Source: a virus
Length of the DNA: 64,000 bases
Strand: one strand, 5' to 3'
IMG/VR virus record: IMGVR_UViG_3300022752_005671
Coordinates: 64,001 to 128,000 of that record
A program made the translations under genes and the position numbers. Below the pieces are notes generated by a model. It saw only the letters and a program-made list of their open reading frames with translations, was not told the origin of the DNA and searched no databases. Positions 39,111 through 47,164 of the stretch are shown in pieces; within the stretch, counting starts at the first letter, position 1; every line of letters begins with the position of its first letter.

Positions 39111-39605
39111 ATGGCTGGTCAAGGAAAATATACAGTTTATGCCCCACCGAGCAATGAAAAGAACAACTTGCTAGCAAAGTTATTTCCAAGCTCACCTACT
39201 TCAGGATTTGTTGGTAAAGAAGAAGATTATAAAAAAATCATTCTAAACCAAGGAAATTTGGTTCTTAAGAACGGATTACAACCTGGAGATTCATACTTCG
39301 GAACAGGAGTGAACATGGATTTTGCCGGCGCGCCAGATATCATCAAAGGTGCCGACGGTTTGTGGAAACAAGCTGGAGACCCAGCAAATTCGTTCGCTCC
39401 TGATTTGTCATCACCTGGACCAGGAAAGACAGATGGAACTGACAAGAGCGCTGATCCTGGATTAAAGGCAGTCGATCTTAAGCCAACTTATGTGCCAGGC
39501 GGTCCAAACACTGGAACTAGAAATCCAGCAGATTTTGCGAAGAAGATTGCAGCACAAACTTTAGGAGTCCAAACGAAGATGGGCTCTTCAGATTCTACTG
39601 GTTGA
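39111..39605 (+). CDS. Gly/Pro-rich head-module protein
   Basis: strong AGGAGG RBS; lies directly before the scaffold gene. Confidence 0.65.
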   Translation: MAGQGKYTVYAPPSNEKNNLLAKLFPSSPTSGFVGKEEDYKKIILNQGNLVLKNGLQPGDSYFGTGVNMDFAGAPDIIKGADGLWKQAGDPANSFAPDLSSPGPGKTDGTDKSADPGLKAVDLKPTYVPGGPNTGTRNPADFAKKIAAQTLGVQTKMGSSDSTG

Positions 39606-39620
39606 TTGCGGAGATAAAAA

Positions 39621-41552
39621 ATGTCAAAAGAACTATACGAAGAAGCTATTGCTGATTTAAAGAAAGTAAAAGAAGTTGCAGAGGATAATGCAAAACGTGC
39701 AATCGTTGAAGCTGTAGCTCCTCGTATAAGAGAACTAATAGAAAAAGAATTATTAGGCGAAGCAGCCGATGAAGGTATGGGTTGCGAATCTGATGAAGAT
39801 GAAGAAAAGCCTGATAAGATTTTGACAGATAAAAAGCCCGCTGATTCTTCTGAAGAATCAAACGAATCTACAGTTTCCATGGAGACAGTCACTAACGAAG
39901 TTGACGAAACTCTAAACGTAGAAGAAGCTGTTGAAAAAGTTGTTTCGACATCTTCTCCGGATGGAATAGATGAGGTAGAACAAAAATTACTCTACATTGA
40001 AAGAATGTTAGGCAAACTTACATCAACATCAACACGTTTGTCTGAATCAAACGCATTTAACCTTAGTTTAATTAATTTAAATGAAATGGTTGAAGCTATA
40101 TACGGATATATTCAAGAAAATGTAGAGGATCCTAATGTCAGATTAGGGTATGGATTAAAATTAAGAAAGTGTTTAACCAAACTTGAAAAACTTCAGGAGA
40201 CAAAAATGAATCGAGATCTTTTAAATGAAGAAGACGTTGCTTTAACAATCACAGGACTCCCAGATGATCTTGATCTTGAGGGTCTTGGAGTTACTCTACA
40301 AAAAGGTGAAGAGGGAGAAGAAGCTCCTGAAGGCGAAGAAGCCGAAGCCCCCGAAGGAGAAGAAGAAGCTCCTGAAGGTGGTGAAGGTGAAGAAGCCTTA
40401 GCCGGTGAAGAAGATATGCTCGGTGGCGAGGACGAAGTCGGCAAGAAAGAAGAATCTCTCAATCTTAGCGATGATATGTTAGTTGAGATTGATGAGAACA
40501 TGCTCCGTCGCGAAATTGCAAAGATGAAAGCGCTTCGTGAAGCTCATGATGAATCACATGATGTTCAAGCTTGGGGTCACGGTGCCGGCGAAGTTTCTGA
40601 TGAATTTGTTGAGGACGACATGGGAGAACCTCTCGAATTAGATCTATCTGAAGCTTTGGCTGAGCTTGATGGTGCAGCATCTCAAGGAACTCCTGCAGAG
40701 CTTGAAGATTATGCAGCAGAAGCTTCTGAAGTTGACGAAATGGAAGAAGTCGACGAAATGTATGAAGTTGATGAAATGGATGATGCGCATGAAGCTAAAG
40801 TTGGTCATGCTCAACTCGAAGTTGACGTTGATGAAGAACTTGAAGAAGTCATGAGCCAAGCAAAAGATTCTGAGGAACATAATACCAAAGGTAAGAATGT
40901 TCAATCAAGACAACCAGAATCAGTTCAAACAGAATCCATTCGTAAAGAAATGGCCAAAGAGCTTAAGCTTCAAGAGGTGCTTCGTAAACGCGCTTCTGAA
41001 TTAAAGAAGCTCTATGAAGCAACAAAGAAAGTTGCAACTAAGTCTTCAACACTTGTTGAGACAAAGAAAGCGGCAGCACATGGTGCAAAAATCAAGACTG
41101 CATACGCTGAAACAGCTGAACTCTACAACGGTTCAGTAACTAGATTTAATAAGCTTTCACGAGCCTTGTCAGAAAGTGCTCGTAAGAACGTTCGCTCAAA
41201 TAGCAACGTCACACCTGCTGCTAGCGCGGGAACAGATACGCTAAGCAAGAAGTTGGCAGAAACGAATCTGCTCAACGCTAAGCTTCTCTTCACAAATAAG
41301 CTCCTTCAAACAGAGTCGCTCACAGCTCGCCAAAAGGCACAAATAATTGAGCAACTTGATGGAGCAGAAACAGTTCGTGAAGCAAAGCTTGTGTACGAGA
41401 GCCTTTCAAAGGCTTTAGTGAAGACTCGTACGACTGTGACCGAAGGTCGCGTTCTAGGATCATCTTCACAAGCTACACGTCCAGCTTCAACCCAAACACT
41501 CAACGAAGGGTTTGAAGCAGAGCGTTGGGCAAAACTCGCCGGAATCAAGTGA
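39621..41552 (+). CDS. prohead core scaffold protein (gp22-like)
   Basis: very acidic and coiled-coil, directly upstream of the capsid gene; NLLNAKLLFTNKL..ETVREAKLVYESL C-terminal block. Confidence 0.75.
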   Translation: MSKELYEEAIADLKKVKEVAEDNAKRAIVEAVAPRIRELIEKELLGEAADEGMGCESDEDEEKPDKILTDKKPADSSEESNESTVSMETVTNEVDETLNVEEAVEKVVSTSSPDGIDEVEQKLLYIERMLGKLTSTSTRLSESNAFNLSLINLNEMVEAIYGYIQENVEDPNVRLGYGLKLRKCLTKLEKLQETKMNRDLLNEEDVALTITGLPDDLDLEGLGVTLQKGEEGEEAPEGEEAEAPEGEEEAPEGGEGEEALAGEEDMLGGEDEVGKKEESLNLSDDMLVEIDENMLRREIAKMKALREAHDESHDVQAWGHGAGEVSDEFVEDDMGEPLELDLSEALAELDGAASQGTPAELEDYAAEASEVDEMEEVDEMYEVDEMDDAHEAKVGHAQLEVDVDEELEEVMSQAKDSEEHNTKGKNVQSRQPESVQTESIRKEMAKELKLQEVLRKRASELKKLYEATKKVATKSSTLVETKKAAAHGAKIKTAYAETAELYNGSVTRFNKLSRALSESARKNVRSNSNVTPAASAGTDTLSKKLAETNLLNAKLLFTNKLLQTESLTARQKAQIIEQLDGAETVREAKLVYESLSKALVKTRTTVTEGRVLGSSSQATRPASTQTLNEGFEAERWAKLAGIK

Positions 41553-41560
41553 TTCTCGAG

Positions 41561-41580
41561 TTAACAACTTTTAACAACTT
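41561..41580 (+). repeat. perfect 10-bp tandem repeat (TTAACAACTT x2) upstream of the capsid RBS
   Basis: read directly at 41561-41570 and 41571-41580. Confidence 0.85.
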
Positions 41581-41604
41581 TTTGATACGCACAGGAGAAA
41601 AACA

Positions 41605-43476
41605 ATGAAGACTTTTACAATCGATCAATTAGCGCAAGGCATCCGTGAGAAGCACGTTGGAGCCGAGCGTGCACGTTTAACAGAAAAGTGGAGCCGCACA
41701 GGTCTCCTCCGCGGTCTCGATGGACAACGCCGTGAAATGATGGCACAACTCCTCGAGAACCAAGCTGCTCAAGTCCTCAAGGAGAGCTCATCTCTCTCAA
41801 CAGGCGGAGCTAACGTTACAGGATCTGGCCAAATTCAAGGTTTCAGCAACATTGCATTTCCAATCGTTCGTCGCGTGTTCGGTGGCCTCGTTGCCAACGA
41901 GCTCGTGTCAATCCAACCAATGAGCCTCCCCTCAGGACTCATCTTCTATTTGGATTACACATACGGCACAAACGTTGGTCAACCCGGCGTTGCTGGTTCA
42001 ACATACACCAAGGGACAATCCATTTATAACAACCCCACCGGCCGCGGAGTCCAATCTGGATCTCTTGCAACTGGTGGTATGTATGATCTTGTTGGTTCTG
42101 GTTACTCAAAAGTCACTGGTTCAGCAACTCTTACATTCGATGGAACAATCGTAACAGGTTCTTTCGGTGGAGTAAACGGTGATACATTCTCATCAGGACT
42201 CGTCCTCACAGTAGGAACACAGTTCAGCGGCAGCAACGCTCGCCTCATGGACTTCGATTCTCAAGTTGAGACAGCACTCACAAATAATGACCTCGACACA
42301 ATGTTCGCATTCGTTCCCACATCACAACTCTCTGGTGCAGACCTCCTCGCAGTCGACCAAGTGGCCCTTTTCCAAGGACCAGGCGGCGCAACTGCATGGG
42401 GCGAGACATACCAAGGTGGAACAGGAGTCCTCAACCTTCGCCGCCTTAACAAGCGTGGAGATTGGAACGGTTCAACTTCAACATTCACACCAAACCCACT
42501 CGGCGGATCTCATATCCTCATGGTGATTAAGTGTGCAAACGCTGGTGCATTTAGCACATCTACAGCTGGCAAGGTCTCCTTCGTCAAGTCAGACTCAGTT
42601 TCAGCTCTCGGCGCTGATGCTGCTGGAACAGGTGCAACACTCACAGTTCCATCATTCGAATCTGATTTCGGAACAACACCATCTCCAGCAATCCCAGAGA
42701 TTGATATCAAGATTGAGTCTCTTGCAATCACTGCAACAACCCGCAAGCTACGCGCTCGCTGGTCACCAGAACTTGCACAAGACCTCAATGCATATCACTC
42801 AATGGATGCAGAGGTTGAGCTCACTTCAATCCTCTCTGAGCAAATCGCTCTCGAGATTGATCGTGAAATTCTCAACGACCTCGTTACACAAGCCAACGGC
42901 GCTAACTACTACTGGTCACGCGCTCCAGGCAAGTTCGTCAACAAGACAACAGGCGCTGCAGTAACCCTTGCCTCATCCCTCTCAATCGGACCAGCCTTCA
43001 CCGGTACAGTTCGTGAGTGGTACGAGACACTTGTCGAGACAATCATCGACGTTGCAAACACCATCCACCGCAAGACACTCCGCGGAAGCGCAAACTTCCT
43101 CGTCTGCGGACCAGAAGTTGCAACAGTCCTTGAATCCTCAGTTCTCTACAAGCCCAAGTTCTCCATCGACGGTGAGGGACAAGTTGCTTCTCCATTCACA
43201 ATCGGTGCAGAGGCAATCGGCTCACTCAGCAACCGCTTCACAGTTTACAAGGATCCTTACTTCGTTCGTAACAAGATCCTCGTCGGCTACAAGGGTGGTT
43301 CCTACCTCGAGACCGGCTACGTCTACGCACCATACGTTCCACTCATTGTGACACCAACAATCTTCGCACCAGAGGATTTCACACCACGTAAGGGCGTGAT
43401 GACTCGCTACGGTAAGAAGATGGTTCGTTCCGACTTCTTCGGGACGGTCACATGCTTGGACATGAACATCATCTGA
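41605..43476 (+). CDS. gp23: major capsid protein (T4 gp23-like)
   Basis: FPIVRRVF..VSIQPMSLPSGLIFYLDY; RKLRARWSPELAQDL..EAELTSILSEQIALEIDREI-like block; FYAPYVPL-like GYVYAPYVPL; TRYG. Confidence 0.96.
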   Translation: MKTFTIDQLAQGIREKHVGAERARLTEKWSRTGLLRGLDGQRREMMAQLLENQAAQVLKESSSLSTGGANVTGSGQIQGFSNIAFPIVRRVFGGLVANELVSIQPMSLPSGLIFYLDYTYGTNVGQPGVAGSTYTKGQSIYNNPTGRGVQSGSLATGGMYDLVGSGYSKVTGSATLTFDGTIVTGSFGGVNGDTFSSGLVLTVGTQFSGSNARLMDFDSQVETALTNNDLDTMFAFVPTSQLSGADLLAVDQVALFQGPGGATAWGETYQGGTGVLNLRRLNKRGDWNGSTSTFTPNPLGGSHILMVIKCANAGAFSTSTAGKVSFVKSDSVSALGADAAGTGATLTVPSFESDFGTTPSPAIPEIDIKIESLAITATTRKLRARWSPELAQDLNAYHSMDAEVELTSILSEQIALEIDREILNDLVTQANGANYYWSRAPGKFVNKTTGAAVTLASSLSIGPAFTGTVREWYETLVETIIDVANTIHRKTLRGSANFLVCGPEVATVLESSVLYKPKFSIDGEGQVASPFTIGAEAIGSLSNRFTVYKDPYFVRNKILVGYKGGSYLETGYVYAPYVPLIVTPTIFAPEDFTPRKGVMTRYGKKMVRSDFFGTVTCLDMNII

Positions 43477-43502
43477 TAGTCGGAAGCGACCATCTTTGAT
43501 AT

Positions 43503-43536
43503 GAAAGGCCTTCGAAAGAAGGCCTTTCTTGTTTTT
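43503..43536 (+). terminator. intrinsic terminator after the major capsid gene
   Basis: 11-bp stem GAAAGGCCTTC / GAAGGCCTTTC with a GAAA loop, then TTGTTTTT. Confidence 0.9.
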
Positions 43537-43669
43537 GTCTATAGGACATAATATAAGCGTTAAAATATCTTAAATTGTCTTCGACTTTATACATTATAGA
43601 CGTCGTGATGCAAGATCTTCGCGAAGAATTTAAAGCAATTTTTAACTTATTAAAAATGATTAGTGATTT

Positions 43670-43676
43670 ATATTTA
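43670..43676 (+). promoter_or_regulatory. candidate late-promoter heptamer ATANTTA
   Basis: ATATTTA 8 nt before a structured leader; the same heptamer recurs before many structural genes. Confidence 0.45.
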
Positions 43677-43683
43677 TCGACAC

Positions 43684-43745
43684 AACCGGACGCGGTAATT
43701 AACTGAAACTGTAGCTGGTTTGATCATTCTAGTTAAAAAAAGGAA
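43684..43745 (+). promoter_or_regulatory. structured 5' leader with pseudoknot potential
   Basis: stem 43684-43696 / 43708-43720 (G-U pairs, bulges); loop TTAACTG is complementary to TAGTTAA at 43730-43736, just before the RBS. Confidence 0.4.
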
Positions 43746-43752
43746 AATTACA

Positions 43753-44187
43753 ATGCCAAAAGTCGTTATTAATGATTCTCAAGGTTTGGTTCAACAGTCA
43801 GGTTCAGGTTTTGAAATTTCTTCCAGCGTAGATCTTGGTGGCGCTGCTAAAATTTCATCAACATTCGGTCTTACAAATATAGGAGCAAAGACAGCGGGTA
43901 CAACTCAAACAGAAGCTGGTTCTACTGCAATTACAAATGTTGTAACGGTAGCCACTGTTTCTAATGCGAATGATGGACTTAAGCTTCCAGCTGGAGTTGC
44001 AGGCGACATTAGAATAATTTCTAATATTAGCGCAAACGCTGCAAAGGTTTACACTAACGGTACTGACAAAATTAATGGATCTGACCCAGGAGCTTCTGGG
44101 AATGCTACTGTCGTTGTTGCGTCAAAGACGACTATCTTCGTATTTACAGGTGATGATCACGGTTGGGCAACTATTATAAGCGCATGA
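43753..44187 (+). CDS. putative capsid decoration/fibre-like small structural protein
   Basis: AAGGA RBS supports ATG 43753; Gly/Thr/Ala-rich and beta-rich; lies after the capsid gene with its own terminator. Confidence 0.6.
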   Translation: MPKVVINDSQGLVQQSGSGFEISSSVDLGGAAKISSTFGLTNIGAKTAGTTQTEAGSTAITNVVTVATVSNANDGLKLPAGVAGDIRIISNISANAAKVYTNGTDKINGSDPGASGNATVVVASKTTIFVFTGDDHGWATIISA

Positions 44188-44230
44188 TGTATATGATTTT
44201 TACATGATCATACACTAATTTAGCAACAAG

Positions 44231-44260
44231 GGACGATCATCTGATCGTCCTTTTTACTTT
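44231..44260 (+). terminator. intrinsic terminator
   Basis: GGACGATC-ATCT-GATCGTCC followed by TTTTTACTTT. Confidence 0.85.
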
Positions 44261-44308
44261 TGCATGATAATATAAAAAATATTTTAACATATTTGATTAA
44301 TCACCCCC

Positions 44309-44632
44309 ATGAACCGGCGCCGCGCAGGACAACCAAAATTAATTAAAAAACATTGTGAAATTTGTTATTTTGATAAACCTGAAGCAATAAATTTTCATCA
44401 TATCATTCCTAAACGTGACCCACGATGTACAAATGATAATCATAACATAGCGATCGTTTGCCATTCATGTCATGACTTAATTCATGCAGGAAAAATCATA
44501 ATAATAGGCGTGTATTCGTCAACAGGAGGTAGGAAGCTAATGTGGTTCCGCCAAGGAGAAGATCCACCGTTAGAGGAAGAATTCTGGATGGTCAAAGAAA
44601 ATCCTTTGGTAATATTGAGGGGGAAACATTAA
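44309..44632 (+). CDS. small HNH endonuclease
   Basis: CEIC..HHIIP..NIAIVCHSCHDLIH (Zn-HNH pattern). Confidence 0.85.
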   Translation: MNRRRAGQPKLIKKHCEICYFDKPEAINFHHIIPKRDPRCTNDNHNIAIVCHSCHDLIHAGKIIIIGVYSSTGGRKLMWFRQGEDPPLEEEFWMVKENPLVILRGKH

Positions 44633-44673
44633 TCTTTTTTTATAAATTTTTTAATGGGAAATATAATTGTTTT

Positions 44674-46143
44674 ATGACCATTAAAAAAGATCTATTTAAA
44701 AAAGGAATCATCACTGCTTCTGCGTTGATTGCTTGTTTGTATGGATGTGAACGTCCGAATCCGTATAAGTTATCGGGTGATACATCTGCAGTTTTTGAAG
44801 ATTGTCCAACTCCGAAATTTCCTGATGAAAACGTTTCTTCGCAAGTTTCATCCACCTCAACCAGCGGAGAGATGACGACAGGAAAGACAGTTGGACCATC
44901 AGTTACAGCAACAGTTGGGACAGGATATCAAGATGAGCAACAACAAGAGCAGACAGAATTAGATAAGAGAGAGTTTGATTATTCTGAAGCATTGAGAACA
45001 GCTAGCATCTTAATTGTTGGAGATGCTCCTACATTGTCTGAGATATATGAACTCGGCGATTTGCCTCTTGAGCAGCAAAAAGCAAAATATGAAGAGTTGG
45101 TTGACAAAAAGCTATCTGATTCTCGATTTGCAGATACACTTATAGAATTCTTTAAGTATACTTTTAAGATGGGCGGAGCAGCTACAATTTCAGGTGAACC
45201 TACTAGAGATACAGCTCCAACGTTTGCAGCTAGGATTGTTTATGAAGAGAAAGATTGGAGAAACATTCTTACTCAAGTTTCTAATACGTGTCCGACATAT
45301 AATGCCACGACAAAGATTTTTACCGATGGAAATTGCATGAATTTACCAGCAGGGATGAATCATTCTGGAATTTTGACAGATCCAGGCGCACAAAGTCTTT
45401 ATTACGGTAATTTGTCATTTCGTCGTAATCGATTTTATCATGAAACTTTTTTATGCAGATCAGGAAATGAGCAATCAGGTGGAGAGCCGACTGACAATCC
45501 ACCGACAGATGCTCCTTGTTCTGGAGGAACATCCATCCCAGGATATCAAAATAAATGGCCTGTTAATGAGATTGCAGGTGTGTGTAATGGTGGCCGCGTA
45601 GATTTTCATGCGTATAATAATTCAAATGTTTGTGCAAATTGTCATGCAACATGGAATCATAGAGCACCATTGTTTAGTCAGTTCGATTCCAAGGGAGTAT
45701 TTCAATCTTTAACACCTGCAGGAGAATATTCGGTATTCGTTCCTGTTGAAGGTTCTCCTAGAGCAAAGTTATCTGATTGGTTATGCATTGGATCTTCATG
45801 CCCTAATGGAGGAAATAATACAACTGCTTGGAAGAAGTCCATGAAAGTTAATGGAGTAGATACATCTGCAAATGCTAACACGATTAATGAGTTAGGACAA
45901 GTTATGTCTCAAGATGATGAAGTCGTAGAATGTGCGGTGAAAAGAATGTGGAACTATGCAATGGGCCGTGCAGATATAACTGAAATAGGAGGACGTTCTT
46001 GGGTCAATTTGCCTGACAGAAATGATCCAAACCCAGAATTAGTTACCATGTCAAAATTGGTCTTGCAATTTAAGAATAACGGATATAATCTAAAGAAAGT
46101 TTTTAGATCCATTCTTGTATCAGAGGATTTTACGAGGTTTTAA
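44674..46143 (+). CDS. lipoprotein with DUF1549/DUF1588/DUF1585-like segments and a CxxCH motif
   Basis: from ATG 44674: basic N-region, hydrophobic core and LYGC lipobox; ALRTASILIVGDAPT..YEELVDKKLSDSRF; SGILTDPG; CANCH; CAVKRMWNYAMGR..FKNNGYNLKKVFRSIL.SEDF. Confidence 0.75.
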   Translation: MTIKKDLFKKGIITASALIACLYGCERPNPYKLSGDTSAVFEDCPTPKFPDENVSSQVSSTSTSGEMTTGKTVGPSVTATVGTGYQDEQQQEQTELDKREFDYSEALRTASILIVGDAPTLSEIYELGDLPLEQQKAKYEELVDKKLSDSRFADTLIEFFKYTFKMGGAATISGEPTRDTAPTFAARIVYEEKDWRNILTQVSNTCPTYNATTKIFTDGNCMNLPAGMNHSGILTDPGAQSLYYGNLSFRRNRFYHETFLCRSGNEQSGGEPTDNPPTDAPCSGGTSIPGYQNKWPVNEIAGVCNGGRVDFHAYNNSNVCANCHATWNHRAPLFSQFDSKGVFQSLTPAGEYSVFVPVEGSPRAKLSDWLCIGSSCPNGGNNTTAWKKSMKVNGVDTSANANTINELGQVMSQDDEVVECAVKRMWNYAMGRADITEIGGRSWVNLPDRNDPNPELVTMSKLVLQFKNNGYNLKKVFRSILVSEDFTRF

Positions 46144-46144
46144 T

Positions 46145-47152
46145 ATGAAGATTATAAAAAATGGATTATTGTTTAGCGTTGTCCTAGTCGGATCTTTTGC
46201 ATGTGGGTCTAATTCTCCTAACATAGGAGAAGATGAATGTCCAGATCAAAATGAAGTTATTTCATCAACGATAGCAGTACAAGCTTCAACAACTGTCGTA
46301 ACAGCCGGAGCTGGAGGGTCTGTAAATGTTTCTGCGTCATCTTCTGTCACTTCGACTTCGACCGGAGGAGAACCTCAACAAAAATTTGACGTTCCTTCTT
46401 CAGATGAAATTATGTCTCGTTTACATAGCTGTCATAAGCTGTCATATCAACAATTAGGAAATTTTTTAAGAAATAGAGGTGCCTTAATTCCTCCTGGAAA
46501 TGTTTCAGATGTCCGTACAACACAGGTTTCAATTCTTGGTGTAACACAAACATTGGGGTCTATATTTGGTGGCAGCGGAACTTCTTGCGAAATGGCAATA
46601 ACAACAGCCAATGGAACGAATGATCCAGTTTGTCCTGCAGGAGAGGTTTGTTTTTGCAATCAAGACGATAAGATGAATCAAGTAAATCGTAGTTGTTTAG
46701 ATGTTGGAAATAACTCCCCCGACGCAGCTGATGGTTATTGCGTATCAAAGCCTGCAACGGCTGGATATCTTTATTTTTCTGGAAAAGACGCGTTAGGAGT
46801 TCCAAAACTTGATTCTAGATTAGGAGAGAAGGAAGAACACTCAACTGCTTCTGCAATGAAATTAATGGACATCTTCATACAAGCTGCTCCTCAAATTATT
46901 GCAAACATAGGTGATCAAACAAAAGCTCCTGCGTGTACTCTAAACGGAAAAAATAAACAAATGTTTGCAGCAGATGGTAGTTGTGTGGAGGAATCTGTCA
47001 GTTGCTTAATTGGAACGCCTGCTACTGAAGATCACATGCTATTATGTAACTTATTGGTTAGTAAGGCAGATAAAAGTAATTTATCTGATGTTATGAAGAA
47101 GCGAAATATTGCCGTAGCTGTTTTGTTATCTGCAGCGCATTCATGTCAATGA
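46145..47152 (+). CDS. Cys-rich secreted lipoprotein
   Basis: ATG 46145 is 1 nt after the upstream stop; MKIIKNGLLFSVVLVGSFAC lipobox; Ser/Thr linker; many Cys residues. Confidence 0.72.
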   Translation: MKIIKNGLLFSVVLVGSFACGSNSPNIGEDECPDQNEVISSTIAVQASTTVVTAGAGGSVNVSASSSVTSTSTGGEPQQKFDVPSSDEIMSRLHSCHKLSYQQLGNFLRNRGALIPPGNVSDVRTTQVSILGVTQTLGSIFGGSGTSCEMAITTANGTNDPVCPAGEVCFCNQDDKMNQVNRSCLDVGNNSPDAADGYCVSKPATAGYLYFSGKDALGVPKLDSRLGEKEEHSTASAMKLMDIFIQAAPQIIANIGDQTKAPACTLNGKNKQMFAADGSCVEESVSCLIGTPATEDHMLLCNLLVSKADKSNLSDVMKKRNIAVAVLLSAAHSCQ

Positions 47153-47164
47153 AGGGAAAAGAAA

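Noticed and set aside
43477-43752. Possible tRNA or known riboswitch in the post-capsid intergenic region
   Set aside because: No cloverleaf, TψC or CCA pattern was seen, and I could not match a known riboswitch consensus; it is kept only as an unassigned structured leader.
44542-44673. N-terminal extension of the 533-aa ORF into the HNH gene
   Set aside because: The signal peptide and lipobox only make sense from ATG 44674. Extended starts at 37243, 38748, 43720, 46115, 48906, 49208 and 51195 were trimmed in the same way.
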